A stretch of DNA of 64,000 nt from Candidatus Omnitrophota bacterium (GTDB taxonomy: Bacteria > Omnitrophota > Gorgyraeia > Duberdicusellales > 4484-171), in the NCBI GenBank assembly GCA_021735655.1, contig JAIPGM010000008.1, positions 5,922 through 69,921 of the forward strand. The letters run 5' to 3'. How positions within the stretch are numbered: position 1 is the first letter of the stretch; the number at the start of each line of letters is the position of its first letter. The notes beneath the pieces were generated by a model that was not told where the DNA came from, did no database searches, and saw nothing but the letters and a program-made list of their open reading frames with translations. The translations under genes were made by a program, and so were the position numbers. Below are positions 1 through 11,200 of this stretch, piece after piece.

Positions 1-3
1 CAA

Positions 4-213
4 ATGCAGGCTAATTTTTATCGGGGAAGCCGCAAAGACGGATTTATTATATTTACTAATTTTAACGTTAGTTTTCCTCAAGCCAATGCATCTACTGAAG
101 TGGCTGTTTTTTTAAGCGAGTCGGGACCAAATAATACTCAAATCCAAGTCTCGTCGCTTAATTACTCGCTTTCAGATTTTGTGGCTGAGGAGTTGTTTAA
201 GAGTTTGGAATAA
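4..213 (+). CDS. C-terminal fragment of an unknown protein (window edge)
   Basis: ORF runs from the window start; no recognisable motif. Confidence 0.2.
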   Translation: MQANFYRGSRKDGFIIFTNFNVSFPQANASTEVAVFLSESGPNNTQIQVSSLNYSLSDFVAEELFKSLE

Positions 214-248
214 TAAGTAAGTAACCAATCCATAGCTAGGAGTTAAGT

Positions 249-629
249 ATGCAATGGGACGGAATTAATCGCAGACGGTTTGTTAGGGTGCAGTATCCTT
301 TTACTGTGCATATCTATGTGCCTGGCGAACCACCGATTTCTAGCTACACCGAAGATATCAGTACCGGCGGGATAAAGGTTACCATCAAACAGGTAATTGC
401 TAAATCAACTTTGGTTGATTTGGAAATTTACTTGAAGAGTGATCCGGTTCTTTGTAAAGGGGTGGTTTCTTGGGCGAGAGAACGTAAGAGTAAGTTTCTT
501 GAAGATACGATCATCCATGATTTAGGGATCGAGTTTTCTGAAGTTAAAACTGGAGATAAAAGGTCGATTAAGAAACAGGTTGATGATTTGGCTAAGGCTA
601 AGAAGGAAGATAACCAGGCAACTGAATAG
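249..629 (+). CDS. PilZ domain protein (c-di-GMP receptor family)
   Basis: RRRFVRV motif (RxxxR) followed by DISTGG (DxSxGG); single-domain size. Confidence 0.6.
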   Translation: MQWDGINRRRFVRVQYPFTVHIYVPGEPPISSYTEDISTGGIKVTIKQVIAKSTLVDLEIYLKSDPVLCKGVVSWARERKSKFLEDTIIHDLGIEFSEVKTGDKRSIKKQVDDLAKAKKEDNQATE

Positions 630-678
630 AATTAATTTTAATTGTTTTATTTATAAGTAATATCAAGAGAGGTAAGCC

Positions 679-1074
679 ATGCTTAAGAAAACCGTTAAAA
701 TTCTTGTAATTGATGACGAAGAGGATTTTAGTTTTTTTCTAAAAAAGAACTTAGCTCGTCTTGATTATAAAGTTTTAGTGGCTTCGAATGGAAGAAAAGG
801 CTTGCAGTTAGCCAGGCGTCATAAGCCAGACCTAATTTTGCTTGATGTAATGATGCCGGGAATCGATGGCTTTGAAGTTTTAAAAAGCCTAAAAACTGGC
901 AAGGAAACTTTATCCATCCCAGTGATTATGCTTACTGGAAGAGATGATCAAGAGGCTAAACAACTAGCAGCTAGCTTATATAATGAGGATTATATTGTTA
1001 AGCCTGCAAATGTTGAAGAACTGCGTCTGCGGATAGAGAAGGTGTTAGACCAACGCAGGGGGCAAGAGGATTAA
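679..1074 (+). CDS. Single-domain response regulator receiver (CheY-like)
   Basis: ILVIDDE, DLILLDVMMPGIDG (phospho-acceptor Asp), conserved Lys near the C-terminus; RBS agagagg upstream. Confidence 0.8.
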   Translation: MLKKTVKILVIDDEEDFSFFLKKNLARLDYKVLVASNGRKGLQLARRHKPDLILLDVMMPGIDGFEVLKSLKTGKETLSIPVIMLTGRDDQEAKQLAASLYNEDYIVKPANVEELRLRIEKVLDQRRGQED

Positions 1075-1092
1075 AAGAAGGCCTAGTTTTTA

Positions 1093-1836
1093 ATGTCTAG
1101 AAGACCATTTTTTCTGTACGGTAAAAATTCAGTAGCTGAGCGACTCAAAGCCAATCCCCAAAGTATTAAGAAAATATTCCTAAAAAGTAATTTTACTGAA
1201 CCGGCGATTGAGAAGCTGATTAAGCTTCGTAAGATTCCTTCCGAGCGTATAGTCCAACACAGATTAGATAAGATTAAGCCGCAGGCTCTTTTAGGGGGAA
1301 TCATTGCGGAAATTGCCGATTTTGAATATGCCTATCTTGAGGATTTAATAAAAAAACCAAAAGATCAGCGGCCATCATTTATTTTTCTTGATCGAATTTT
1401 TGATCCTCAAAACTTAGGGGCAATTATTCGTACCGCAGCCTGTTTCGGTAATTTTTCTGTGGTTATACCAAAACATAAGGCCTGTGAAGTTACTGAAACT
1501 GTTTTGCATGTTGCTTGCGGTGGAGAAAACTACGTTCCAATTGTTATGGTTTCTAACCTTAGAAATGGTCTTTTGCAGTTGAAGGATGAGGGCTATTGGG
1601 CTGTTGGTGCTGCTGCTGAAGGTGGTGAAAATATTACTAAAGCCAGCTTACCTGATCCGATTTGTTTGGTTCTTGGTTCTGAAGGCAGTGGCATACGCTA
1701 TGGTCTTACCAAGCACCTTGATAAGGTTATAAATATCCCAATGCAGGGAGTGGCTTTATCTTTTAACGTAACTGCTGCTTGTGCAATTCTTTGCTATGAG
1801 GTTCAACGACAGAAAGCGCTTACGGATAAGGGGTAA
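1093..1836 (+). CDS. rlmB: SpoU/TrmH-family 2'-O-ribose RNA methyltransferase, RlmB-like
   Basis: N-terminal substrate-binding FFLYGKNSVAERL, SPOUT-fold motifs LVLGSEGSGI and NVTAACAILCYE. Confidence 0.7.
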   Translation: MSRRPFFLYGKNSVAERLKANPQSIKKIFLKSNFTEPAIEKLIKLRKIPSERIVQHRLDKIKPQALLGGIIAEIADFEYAYLEDLIKKPKDQRPSFIFLDRIFDPQNLGAIIRTAACFGNFSVVIPKHKACEVTETVLHVACGGENYVPIVMVSNLRNGLLQLKDEGYWAVGAAAEGGENITKASLPDPICLVLGSEGSGIRYGLTKHLDKVINIPMQGVALSFNVTAACAILCYEVQRQKALTDKG

Positions 1837-1939
1837 ATATAGTCTTTATCATGGTTTTTGTTTGGAGTTTATGGTATCATTGGAATAGAGAATTAAATTG
1901 TAACCTGGGAAAGGTTAGTTGAATTAAGAGAGGGTCCAG

Positions 1940-2404
1940 ATGGTCAAAAAAATAATACTTTTATTAGTTATTTTTGTTTTTGGGGGTTTTTTATCCTCTG
2001 TAGGTTTCTGCCAATATGTATATTTGGACGCTAAATATGTACAGATTAAAGGACCTGTTGAGTTTAAGGAAATCGGCGTTGCCTTGAGTGAAACTGCTTG
2101 TGAACGGTTAATTGCTATTTTAGATTTAGAGGATGGCCTTGAGTTTGAGCAGGCTTTAAATTCATATGATATATTAAGAATTGATAACTACGCTTCGGCT
2201 ATTCTTCTTGACCTTAATCTTTTTGAGGGCATGGCTAAGGTTACTGTTCTTGAAGGCTTGCAGCATAAATTTTCCGGTTGGATACCTATTAGTTGGCTTG
2301 ACGATAACCAGAGTCGTCCGATTCTATCTGAAAGCTATCAATTTGTTCCCTATGAGTTTACTGAAGATGGTTCGATTCCTCGCTGTCACTGGGGTTATAA
2401 ATAG
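1940..2404 (+). CDS. Secreted/membrane-anchored hypothetical protein
   Basis: N-terminal hydrophobic signal IILLLVIFVFGGFLSSVGFC; no known motif. Confidence 0.4.
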   Translation: MVKKIILLLVIFVFGGFLSSVGFCQYVYLDAKYVQIKGPVEFKEIGVALSETACERLIAILDLEDGLEFEQALNSYDILRIDNYASAILLDLNLFEGMAKVTVLEGLQHKFSGWIPISWLDDNQSRPILSESYQFVPYEFTEDGSIPRCHWGYK

Positions 2405-2523
2405 ATCCGGTCCCTTTTATTTTACCTTCCTTAAAATATCTGATATAATTATTCAATTAGCTATTATTTTTTGAGTTAGTTAAAACTCACTAGAGATAAT
2501 GGTTTATTGAGGGAGGTGAAGTA

Positions 2524-2889
2524 ATGCAAGTTAATTTCAAAACCGAAGAGATTAGTTTTATTGTTGATTTCAATAATTCTCGCACTGCTCAGGAGATTAT
2601 CCAAAAGCTGCCGATAGAATCTGTTGTTTCAACCTGGGGAGATGAAATTTATTTCGATATTGGTTTTAAAGCTTCAGCTGAAGATGCGACTATGGAGCTT
2701 AAGGTTGGGGATGTGGCTTATTGGCCACAAGGTAAATGCCTTTGTGTATTTTTTGGACCGACCCCGGCTAGCAGCGGTTTGGCTCCGGTTCCGGCTTCTC
2801 CGGTTGTCTTGGTTGGTAAGACCAAGGTTTTACCTTTAGAGCTAAAGTCTATACAGTTAGGTGAAAGAATAACTGTAACCCGGGGATAA
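2524..2889 (+). CDS. Small conserved hypothetical protein, possibly cyclophilin-like fold
   Basis: 121 aa, RBS gggaggtg upstream; weak resemblance only. Confidence 0.3.
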   Translation: MQVNFKTEEISFIVDFNNSRTAQEIIQKLPIESVVSTWGDEIYFDIGFKASAEDATMELKVGDVAYWPQGKCLCVFFGPTPASSGLAPVPASPVVLVGKTKVLPLELKSIQLGERITVTRG

Positions 2890-3009
2890 AAGTACTTGTT
2901 TCTTATATAATTACATATTACAATAGGGAAGTGGATTCAGTCTAATGAAAGCATTTTACAAAATCATAGTTTTATTAAAAAATCTAAGTTTCATCAAGGA
3001 GGATGAGCA

Positions 3010-4449
3010 ATGTTTGACGACAGAAGTAGAAAGTATAAGAATCAGTATGTGCCTTTAGATCCAGTCGATATTAATCTTTACAAGCCATTTATTGGTGAAA
3101 AAGCTTTAGATGAGATTAAGTATTTAGCTCAACCGTTACAAAATAAAGTTTGGGCCAATATTAACTCTACTTTTGTTGGTGGCGGCGTAGCTGAAATGCT
3201 TCAAAGCGTGCTTCCTTTTGCCCGGGGCTTAGGTATTGATGCTCGTTGGTTTGTTATTGAGGGGAGCGATGAGTTTTTTACGGTAACTAAGAAGTTTCAC
3301 AATCTCTTACAAGGTATTGATCAGCCAATTAGTCTTGAGGAGATTTTTCACGCTTATCTTGATACGATTGATGAAAATACCCGTAATGTTAGGGTTGTCG
3401 GACATATGGTTACCGTGCATGATCCTCAGCCGGCAGCCTTAGTTATGAACGGTAATGTTTATGGGCATATCTTATGGCGTTGTCATATAGATACCTCTAA
3501 CGCCAGCCGTCGAATTTGGCGCTTTTTACTTCCTTATCTTAATCAGTTCGAGGGAGCAATCTTTACGGCTATGGAGTTTGTTCGTGAAAATCTTCATATT
3601 CCTACTTATGAGATTAGTCCTTCCATTGATCCTTTGCGCATTAAGAATAAACAACGTACCGAAAAGGAAGCTTTGAAGGTTCTAGCTGATCTTTTTAATA
3701 AGCATAATATTGATCCTAAGCGTCCGATTGTTGCTGCTGTTTCACGTTACGATATTCATAAGAACCAAAAAGGGATTATCGAGTCCTTTAGGTTAATGAA
3801 GCAGAAAATAGCTAAAGGAATTAATCCGATTTTAATCATTATGGGTAATAGTGCAACCGATGATCCTGAGGGTAGCCAAGTTTATGAAGATATAAAAGAA
3901 GCGGTTGGAAGCGATAAGGATATTTATCTTCTTTTGAATGTTGAGAATAATGATGAGGTTGTTGGTTCGCTTATGTCGATTGCTAATTGCTTTGTTCATA
4001 TTTCAACCAAGGAAGGTTTTGGTTTAGTGGTGACTGAAGCAATGTGGCAGGGCGTTCCGGTAATTGGTAGCAAAATAGGCGGAATTCCCAAACAGGTTGT
4101 AAACGGTGTAAACGGATTTCTAACCGGACCCCATGAATATGCTCAAGTAGCTCGGGCAATGCAGGTTTTTCTAGAAAATAAAAAAATGCGTGATGCCTTT
4201 GGTCAAAGCGCTCGCAACCATGTAGCTCAGAATTTTCTTCTTCCGCATATGCTTAAGAAAGAATTGACTTTAATGCGCTATCACTTAGAAATTGATAATA
4301 AAATCCCTCCTTTTAGGCTTAACAAATTAACTTACAAAGAGATAAGCCAGGCGCTCTACGGCCGAACGGTTTGGCCTTTTTCAACTAATGATTTAAAGCA
4401 GCGAATTGAAGCAATTTGGGAAGGCCTTGAACCGCGGGATATGGATTAA
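3010..4449 (+). CDS. GT-B glycosyltransferase family 4 with extended N-terminal domain (trehalose/sucrose synthase-like)
   Basis: C-terminal GT4 signature FVHISTKEGFGLVVTEAMWQGVPVIGSKIGGIP; RBS aggagga upstream. Confidence 0.65.
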   Translation: MFDDRSRKYKNQYVPLDPVDINLYKPFIGEKALDEIKYLAQPLQNKVWANINSTFVGGGVAEMLQSVLPFARGLGIDARWFVIEGSDEFFTVTKKFHNLLQGIDQPISLEEIFHAYLDTIDENTRNVRVVGHMVTVHDPQPAALVMNGNVYGHILWRCHIDTSNASRRIWRFLLPYLNQFEGAIFTAMEFVRENLHIPTYEISPSIDPLRIKNKQRTEKEALKVLADLFNKHNIDPKRPIVAAVSRYDIHKNQKGIIESFRLMKQKIAKGINPILIIMGNSATDDPEGSQVYEDIKEAVGSDKDIYLLLNVENNDEVVGSLMSIANCFVHISTKEGFGLVVTEAMWQGVPVIGSKIGGIPKQVVNGVNGFLTGPHEYAQVARAMQVFLENKKMRDAFGQSARNHVAQNFLLPHMLKKELTLMRYHLEIDNKIPPFRLNKLTYKEISQALYGRTVWPFSTNDLKQRIEAIWEGLEPRDMD

Positions 4450-4454
4450 AATCT

Positions 4455-4853
4455 ATGGGAAACGATATTAATGAAAAACGTAAATATCTACGGTTGGATA
4501 CGGTTAATATCGTTAAAGTTACTCTTGATCGTAAGCTAATCAAGAAACCTTCGGAATTTGTTTCAGCCTTTACTAAAAATATCAGCGTTGAAGGCGTGTG
4601 TTTTTTGTCCGATAAGTTTTTCGAAAAGGGTAAACGCTTGCGTATTGATATGAGCCTTCCTGGAGATCCAAAACCTTTGCGCTTGAGAGGCAAAGTTTGC
4701 TGGAGCCGCTTGGTCAAAGATAAAAATAAAACTAATAAAGTTTTTGAAGTAGGGGTTGAACTCTTTACTGTTGGCGAGAGCGATTCAACTAGGTTTATGG
4801 GTTATGTTTGTCGCCATATGACCAGTCGTCTTGGTCGATATCTACATCTTTAA
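4455..4853 (+). CDS. PilZ domain protein
   Basis: KRKYLRLD (RxxxR) and NISVEGVCF (D/NxSxxG) motifs. Confidence 0.55.
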   Translation: MGNDINEKRKYLRLDTVNIVKVTLDRKLIKKPSEFVSAFTKNISVEGVCFLSDKFFEKGKRLRIDMSLPGDPKPLRLRGKVCWSRLVKDKNKTNKVFEVGVELFTVGESDSTRFMGYVCRHMTSRLGRYLHL

Positions 4854-4859
4854 AAAGAA

Positions 4860-5666
4860 GTGATTGTTAAGTTTTTTTTCTATATCTTTGTCGGTTTAGG
4901 GGTGCTTTTTCTCTATATTAAATACATTGAGAAAAAAAGTATCTTTTTCCCCGATAAAAATATTGATTTAACTCCCGAGCGGTTCGGGCTCAGTTTTGAA
5001 GATCTCTATTTTTTAACCAGCGATAAGGTAAGACTAAACGCTTGGTTTATACCGCATCCAGAAGCTGCAAAAACAATAATACTTTTCCACGGTAATGCCG
5101 GCAATAACTCTAATCGCTTAGAGAAGATTGCGCTTCTGCGCAAGCTAAAGATAAATATTTTTATGGTTGATTATCGTGGTTACGGAAATAGTCAAGGTAT
5201 TCCTAAAGAGAAAGGAATCTATCTTGACGCCCAGGCTGCTTATGGTTATTTAGTTAACCAGCGTAAAATTAATCCTGAAGATATTGTGCTTTACGGTGAG
5301 TCTCTAGGCGGGGTAGTAGCGGTTGATTTAGCTTCCACCAAGAAAGTGGCCGGAATCATTCTCGAGGGAACATTTTCTAGCGGCCGGGATATCGGTCAGA
5401 TAATTTATCCTTTTTTACCTAAGACAATATTGCCTAATATTTTTAACTCTTTGAGCAAAATATCGAAAGTTAAAGCTGAGAAACTTTTTATTCACTCTAA
5501 GGATGATCTAATAGTTCCCTTGGAATTAGGAAGGAAGCTTTATCAGGCAGCTTCTGGACCTAAAAAATTCATTACTGTGTCTGGCACCCATAATAGTGTT
5601 TTTATTGATTCGGAAAAAGAATACCTTAGAGCTTTAAGTGATTTTATTAGGGGGTTGGATGAATAA
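4860..5666 (+). CDS. Alpha/beta-fold serine hydrolase, membrane-anchored
   Basis: N-terminal TM helix; nucleophile elbow GESLGG; HGNAGN oxyanion region. Confidence 0.7.
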   Translation: MIVKFFFYIFVGLGVLFLYIKYIEKKSIFFPDKNIDLTPERFGLSFEDLYFLTSDKVRLNAWFIPHPEAAKTIILFHGNAGNNSNRLEKIALLRKLKINIFMVDYRGYGNSQGIPKEKGIYLDAQAAYGYLVNQRKINPEDIVLYGESLGGVVAVDLASTKKVAGIILEGTFSSGRDIGQIIYPFLPKTILPNIFNSLSKISKVKAEKLFIHSKDDLIVPLELGRKLYQAASGPKKFITVSGTHNSVFIDSEKEYLRALSDFIRGLDE

Positions 5667-6066
5667 AAGTAGAGACTTGTTAATTTATATATGTTTGTTC
5701 GGTTTTTTGGGGAGCCTAAGCGGCTGTTTATTTAGAGAAAATGTTACCAAGTTGAAAACTTTAAAAACAGTAGCTAGTAGTCAAAGGGAGATTAGAGCTT
5801 ATCTTACCGAACAAGAAAATCTTTTTGAGAAGCTAGTCAGTGATTTTAAAGATAAGAAACTAAGTCTCGGGAGCTCGCTAGCGGAAATTATTGAAACTTA
5901 TGGGGAACCAATAGTCTCTAAGAAAAATTTTTCTGATCCGGTTGGCCAGCGATTACTTTATCGTTATCCGAAGCGTTATTTTAATTCTGACAAGGTCTAC
6001 CTTCATTTTAATGAAAAGAAAGAACTAATTTTTTGGGAATATAAACCTTTCCAGAAAACCAACTAA
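5638..6066 (+). CDS. Putative lipoprotein
   Basis: Signal peptide ending LSGC (lipobox-like). Confidence 0.35.
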   Translation: MILLGGWMNKSRDLLIYICLFGFLGSLSGCLFRENVTKLKTLKTVASSQREIRAYLTEQENLFEKLVSDFKDKKLSLGSSLAEIIETYGEPIVSKKNFSDPVGQRLLYRYPKRYFNSDKVYLHFNEKKELIFWEYKPFQKTN

Positions 6067-6089
6067 TTAATTTATCCCACTTTAGCTTT

Positions 6090-6713
6090 ATGCGAAAGAA
6101 AATAATCATTAGTTTAATTGTCATCATCACGGTTTTATTGCTCGCTAAGGATCATTTTTTAAAGATGGCCATTGGTCATTATTTTAATAAAAAGCTAGAG
6201 GTAGAATCTTCGATTGGTCAGCTGAAGCTTTCTTTTGATAGTTTGATTATCGAGGATGCTAAACTTTCCAATAAGGATTTCTTTATTCAATTACCGTACT
6301 TTAAGCTTTCATTTAACTTGTTAGAAATATTTAAAGTTAAAAAATTAAAAATTGCAACCCGAGAGGTTTCATTTAACGCTAATAATGAGAGTTTATTTTT
6401 TGAAGGTATTTTTAGTGGCAATTTTATTTTAAGGCTAGATCGAGGATCAATCAAAAAATTTAACGGCGAACTAATTAATGAAACCGGCGGAACGATCAGG
6501 ATTGAAAAGGAAGACTCACTTAAAGCTCTTCGCGGCCACCTAGACCAAGCCTCTTATCAGACCTTAATTGATGGATTTAAGAACTATCACTATAGTCGTG
6601 GTCAGATAACGATGACTAAAAAAGCCGATTCACTTTTAATCGATTTTCAGTTTAGCTCAACTGAGGCTGGTGAAAGGAACCTTGTCGTTGACTTACATGA
6701 TATTTTTCGTTGA
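6090..6713 (+). CDS. Membrane-anchored hypothetical protein
   Basis: N-terminal TM segment IIISLIVIITVLLLA; no recognisable domain. Confidence 0.35.
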   Translation: MRKKIIISLIVIITVLLLAKDHFLKMAIGHYFNKKLEVESSIGQLKLSFDSLIIEDAKLSNKDFFIQLPYFKLSFNLLEIFKVKKLKIATREVSFNANNESLFFEGIFSGNFILRLDRGSIKKFNGELINETGGTIRIEKEDSLKALRGHLDQASYQTLIDGFKNYHYSRGQITMTKKADSLLIDFQFSSTEAGERNLVVDLHDIFR

Positions 6714-6779
6714 CAGGAGGTGTAAAACCCTATATATTGTTGTATAAAATATAGAGTTTTCTAATTTAAGAGGTGTTAA

Positions 6780-6980
6780 GTGTCAGACAAACCTTGTGAG
6801 AAAAAAACCCAGACAATCAAAAGAACCGCAACTAATCTTGTGGTCGGGATAATTTTTATAGTTTTAGGTTTGTTAGCTATTTTTTACTGGTGGCCAGAGT
6901 TGATTAGTTTAGTTAAGGCCGGCAGTGGCTTATTATTGATTACTGTCGGGGCAATCCTGATCATTATCGCAAAAACTTAA
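6780..6980 (+). CDS. Small two-TM membrane protein
   Basis: 66 aa with two hydrophobic segments; RBS aagaggtg. Confidence 0.3.
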   Translation: MSDKPCEKKTQTIKRTATNLVVGIIFIVLGLLAIFYWWPELISLVKAGSGLLLITVGAILIIIAKT

Positions 6981-6988
6981 ATTTTATT

Positions 6989-7582
6989 ATGTTAAAAAAA
7001 ATATTTATTACCGGTTTAACCGCAACTATTGCTTTAGTTATTACGGTTTATGTTGTCGTCGGTTTGTTTTATTTTCTTGATGGATTCTTAGGTAAGCCGA
7101 TCAATGCTTTTGTTCATGATGCGATTGGTTTTACGATTCCTGGTTTAGGGATTGTTTTAGGTGTTTTAATTATCTTTTTTTTGGGATTAGCGATTCATCT
7201 TTTCCGAATGAAATTTTTTCGTTGGCTTTATAAGTGGCTGGTTGATTTATTTTTTAAGATACCTTTAGTGAGTAAGATTTACCTACCGGTTAAGCGGATA
7301 GTTGATTTTTTATTCTTTCCTCCGAGGAAGGATTTTAAAAGTGCGGTTTTAGTTGAATATCCCCGCAAAGGGATTTATTCTTTAGGATTTTTAACTAATG
7401 AAAATACGGTAGACTTTAAAGATCGAGGGAAAAGGAAGCTTTATAATGTTTTTATCCCTTCTTCGCCATCACCGCTTACCGGATTTACTATCATTTTAGA
7501 AGAGAAAGAAGTAAACTTCTTGAATATCAGCGTAGAGGAAGCTTTGCGTCTAGTTGTCTCAGGGGGGTTGCTTAATCCCTAA
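6989..7582 (+). CDS. DUF502-family membrane protein
   Basis: Two N-terminal TM helices then PLVSKIY...VLVEYPRKGIYSLGFLT...PSSPSPLTGF, which resembles the DUF502 pattern. Confidence 0.5.
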   Translation: MLKKIFITGLTATIALVITVYVVVGLFYFLDGFLGKPINAFVHDAIGFTIPGLGIVLGVLIIFFLGLAIHLFRMKFFRWLYKWLVDLFFKIPLVSKIYLPVKRIVDFLFFPPRKDFKSAVLVEYPRKGIYSLGFLTNENTVDFKDRGKRKLYNVFIPSSPSPLTGFTIILEEKEVNFLNISVEEALRLVVSGGLLNP

Positions 7583-8223
7583 TGATCAAAAAGAGTCTTT
7601 TTATCTTCGATGTTGACGGAACTTTGGTTGATTCTTATTGCGCTATTGCCAGAAGTTTGAATCTTACCCGGGGAGAGTTCGGGCTGTCTTCAGTCAGTAT
7701 AACTAAAATTAAAAGAAGTGTTGGTGGGGGAGATGAGATTTTCATCAATAAGTTTTTTTCAAAAAATAAAGCCCAAAAAGCGTTAAGGATTTTTCGAAAA
7801 CATCATAAAACAGATTTAGTTAAATTTGCCCAATTGATGCCTGACACCAAAAGAGTACTTTCTCAGTTAAGAAAAAATAAAAAGCAGCTTGCGGTAGCTT
7901 CAAATCGTCCTTATCGTTTTACTCGGATTTTGCTTGATCAACTTAAAATTGCTAAATATTTTGACGGGGTCTGGTGCGCTGATCAAGTAAAGGCGCTTAA
8001 ACCGAACCCGAAAATATTAAATACGGTTTTGGAAAAATTTTCTCGTAAAGCAAAAGAAGCAGTTTATATCGGTGATATGGATATTGATCTAGAAACAGCC
8101 AAGAGAGCTAAAATTGATGCTGTTTTTGTTCGTGGCGGTTCAAGTACTTTAAGTCAAGTAAAGGGCTATCGGAAAAAGAAGGTTATCTCGGGACTAAAGA
8201 AAATCTTAGAGCTTTATAATTAA
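7582..8223 (+). CDS. HAD-superfamily hydrolase (phosphoglycolate phosphatase-like)
   Basis: Motif I IFDVDGTLVDS, motif II ASNR, motif IV GDMDIDLETAKRA. Confidence 0.7.
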   Translation: MIKKSLFIFDVDGTLVDSYCAIARSLNLTRGEFGLSSVSITKIKRSVGGGDEIFINKFFSKNKAQKALRIFRKHHKTDLVKFAQLMPDTKRVLSQLRKNKKQLAVASNRPYRFTRILLDQLKIAKYFDGVWCADQVKALKPNPKILNTVLEKFSRKAKEAVYIGDMDIDLETAKRAKIDAVFVRGGSSTLSQVKGYRKKKVISGLKKILELYN

Positions 8224-8236
8224 TTTAAGTAATTCT

Positions 8237-11200
8237 ATGTCTAAACAGTACTTACTTGATCCTGACGGAAGTTTTCACATAAAAGACTATAATCAGGCTT
8301 ATCCTTTTTCTAACTTTCTGCCGGGCATCTCTGGAGCCTGGGGTATTCCGTTATGGGTTTTTTATGTAAATCGGGGTCAGGGAGTAGTTAGTTTTGGGAT
8401 TAAGAATAAAGATCATTCTATCGCCGAATTTTTTCCGGCCAACAAAGCTTATTCTTTTGTCTCTTCCTTGGGGTTTCGTACTTTTATTAAATCTGGTTCT
8501 TCTTTCTATGAGCCGTTTGGAGTTCATTCAGCCCAAGGCAAGGCCCAGGATATGGTAATTAAGAGTGACTCCTTTAGAATTGAAGAGTCTAATCCTAAAT
8601 TAGGCTTAAAAACATCGGTTCGTTATTTTACCCTTAGTAATACCCCGGTTGGCGGATTGGTGCGGGTGTTTACGATAAAAAATAGTTCGAAAAAAAATAT
8701 CAGCTTGGATGTCCTTGATGGGCTAGCTCGAATTATTCCTTTTGGGACAACTCAAGGTTTTTTGAAAGAGATGTCTCGAACCCTTGAGGCCTGGATGCAG
8801 TCAAGCTATCAGCGCAAGCTAGCTATTTTCCGCCTGATCGTTGATCCCCGCGACGTAAGTCACACTAAATACATTGAAGGAGCAAATTTTAACTACTCTT
8901 TTTATGAGACCGCCGGCAAAAAAATCCATCCTAGAATAGTTGTCGATCCGGTTGAAGTATTTAATCATGAGACTTCACTTAATTTACCGGTAAACTTTTT
9001 AAGCAATAATTTTAAGGCTGTATCTGGGAAAGTAATCCGCGGTAAAACTCCCTGTGCTTTTAGTCATTTTAAATGGAAGCTGGCTCCGGGCCAGGAGAGA
9101 GTTCTTTATAGTATTTTTGGTTCAAGCCCTCAGCTAGATCCGATTAGGAAGTTCAGCCTTTCCTTGAGTGCAGCTTTTCTAAAAGCTAAGGAAAAGGAAA
9201 ATGAGCAAATAGTTGAATCGATAAAACAGAAAGCCTTAACTGTATCAAATCTAAAGAGTTTTGACCATTACATTCAAAATAGCTACTTGGATAATGTTTT
9301 GCGTGGCGGCTATCCATATTGTGCAACTAAAAACAGCCAAGATAAGGCTAAGAGTATTTATTATATTTATTCACGAAAACATGGAGACCTAGAGCGTGAT
9401 TATAATAATTTTCAGGTCTTGCCGACTAATTTTTCTGAGGGCGAAGCTAACTATCGGGATATAAATCAAAATCGTCGCAGCGACTTATTCTTTGAGCCGG
9501 CCCTATTAGATAAGAATTTGATTTATTTTCTTAATTTTATTAAGATTGACGGTTACAACCCTTTGCTGGTAAGGGGTGAGAAATTGCGTCTTAGTAAACT
9601 AGGCGCTAAAGATCTGACAGATAAATTTTCAATCAAAAGTATACGGGTATCACATCTTTTACTTCGCGGATTTTATTTGGGCGAGTTATTTTCCTTATTG
9701 GCTGAAGAAAAGATAAATTTAAAAAATAGAGATAAGTTTTTAGAAAGTCTACTCATTAAGGCCGAGCGTAAACCCCAAGGCGCTCACACTGAAGGTTATT
9801 GGATTGATCACTGGCATTATAATTTAGATTTGATCGAGAGCTTTTTGTATTTTTATCCTGATCGGATTAAAAGTTTGTCGTTGAAAAAAGAGTTTTCCTT
9901 TTGGGATGATGAATATCGGATCAGGCCGCGTAATCGGCGCTATGTTGTTCGCTCTGGTAAAGTCTACCAGGGAGAGAGTATTGAAGCGATTAAGGAAAAA
10001 AGAACCTTAGTCAGAAAGAGAAAAGATTATAAATACTTTTTAAGAACAAGCAAAGGGAAGGTTTACAAGACTAATCTAGTAACTAAGTTGCTTAGTATTA
10101 TTTTAAATAAGTCGGCTACGCTTGATTCTCATGGTATTGGTATTGAGATGGAGGCTGATAAGCCGGGTTGGTGTGATTCACTCAACGGCCTTCCGGCTCT
10201 TTTTGGTTCTTCAATCTGTGAAACTTTAGCTCTGAAGCGGGCTGTTGAAATTCTATTAAAAATATCCAAAAGCCTAAGAACTGAAGGTACAAGTCAGGTA
10301 GCCTGTGCTTACGAACTAAGTTCTTTTTTAAAAAAGATTAAGGGTTTGCTTGATCTACCGCAAGGCAAAGCAAACTTTGACTATAAGTTTTGGGATAAGA
10401 GCAACTCAATCAAAGAAGACTTCCGGCAAAAGACCTTTTTTACTGTTAGCGGCCGGGAAGTTAAACTTTCCTTAGTGGTCCTAGAGGCATTTTTAAATAA
10501 ATTGACTAAGAAGCTAGATAGGTCAATTGAGAAGGCTAAAGATAAAAAAACTGGATTAATTAGCACTTATTTTACTTATGAGGTTACCAAGTATAAACCG
10601 TGCAATAAGTATCATGTTTTTCCTTTAGCTTTTAATAAGAATCCTTTGCCTTTGTTTCTTGAGGGGGTAGTGCATCTCTTAAGGGATAAAGGTTTAAAGA
10701 GTATTTATCAGAAAGTAAAGAGTTCTGAACTTTTTGATAAGAACTTAAAGATGTATCGTTTGAATGCATCACTTAAAGATCAATCTTTAGAGGTTGGTAG
10801 AAGCCGGGCTTTTGCTCCGGGTTGGCTTGAGAATGAATCAATTTGGCTACATATGGAATATAAATATTTGCTAGAGTTATTAAAGAATGGGTTATACAAA
10901 GAATTTTTTAATGATTTTAAGAGTTGCGGAGTTTGCTTTTTTGATCCTAAAAAATACGGAAGAAGTACTCTTGAAAACTCTTCGTTTATAGTTTCAAGTA
11001 GTTATCCAGACAAAGATCTTTGGGCTAGAGGTTTCATTGCTCGCCTAAGCGGGGCAACTGCTGAAATACTAAATATTTGGGCTCTGCTTTGTTTGGGTGA
11101 TAGGCCATTTTTTGTTAATCGTGAGAAGAAGCTCTGCTTTTCACCAAGGCCGATTTTAAGGGGTGAGTTTTTTACTACTAAGAAAGAAACAGTTAACCTT

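Noticed and set aside
2181-2839. ORFs 2181..2474 and 2624..2839 (+)
   Set aside because: They overlap better-supported genes (1940..2404 and 2524..2889) out of frame, have odd composition and no RBS.
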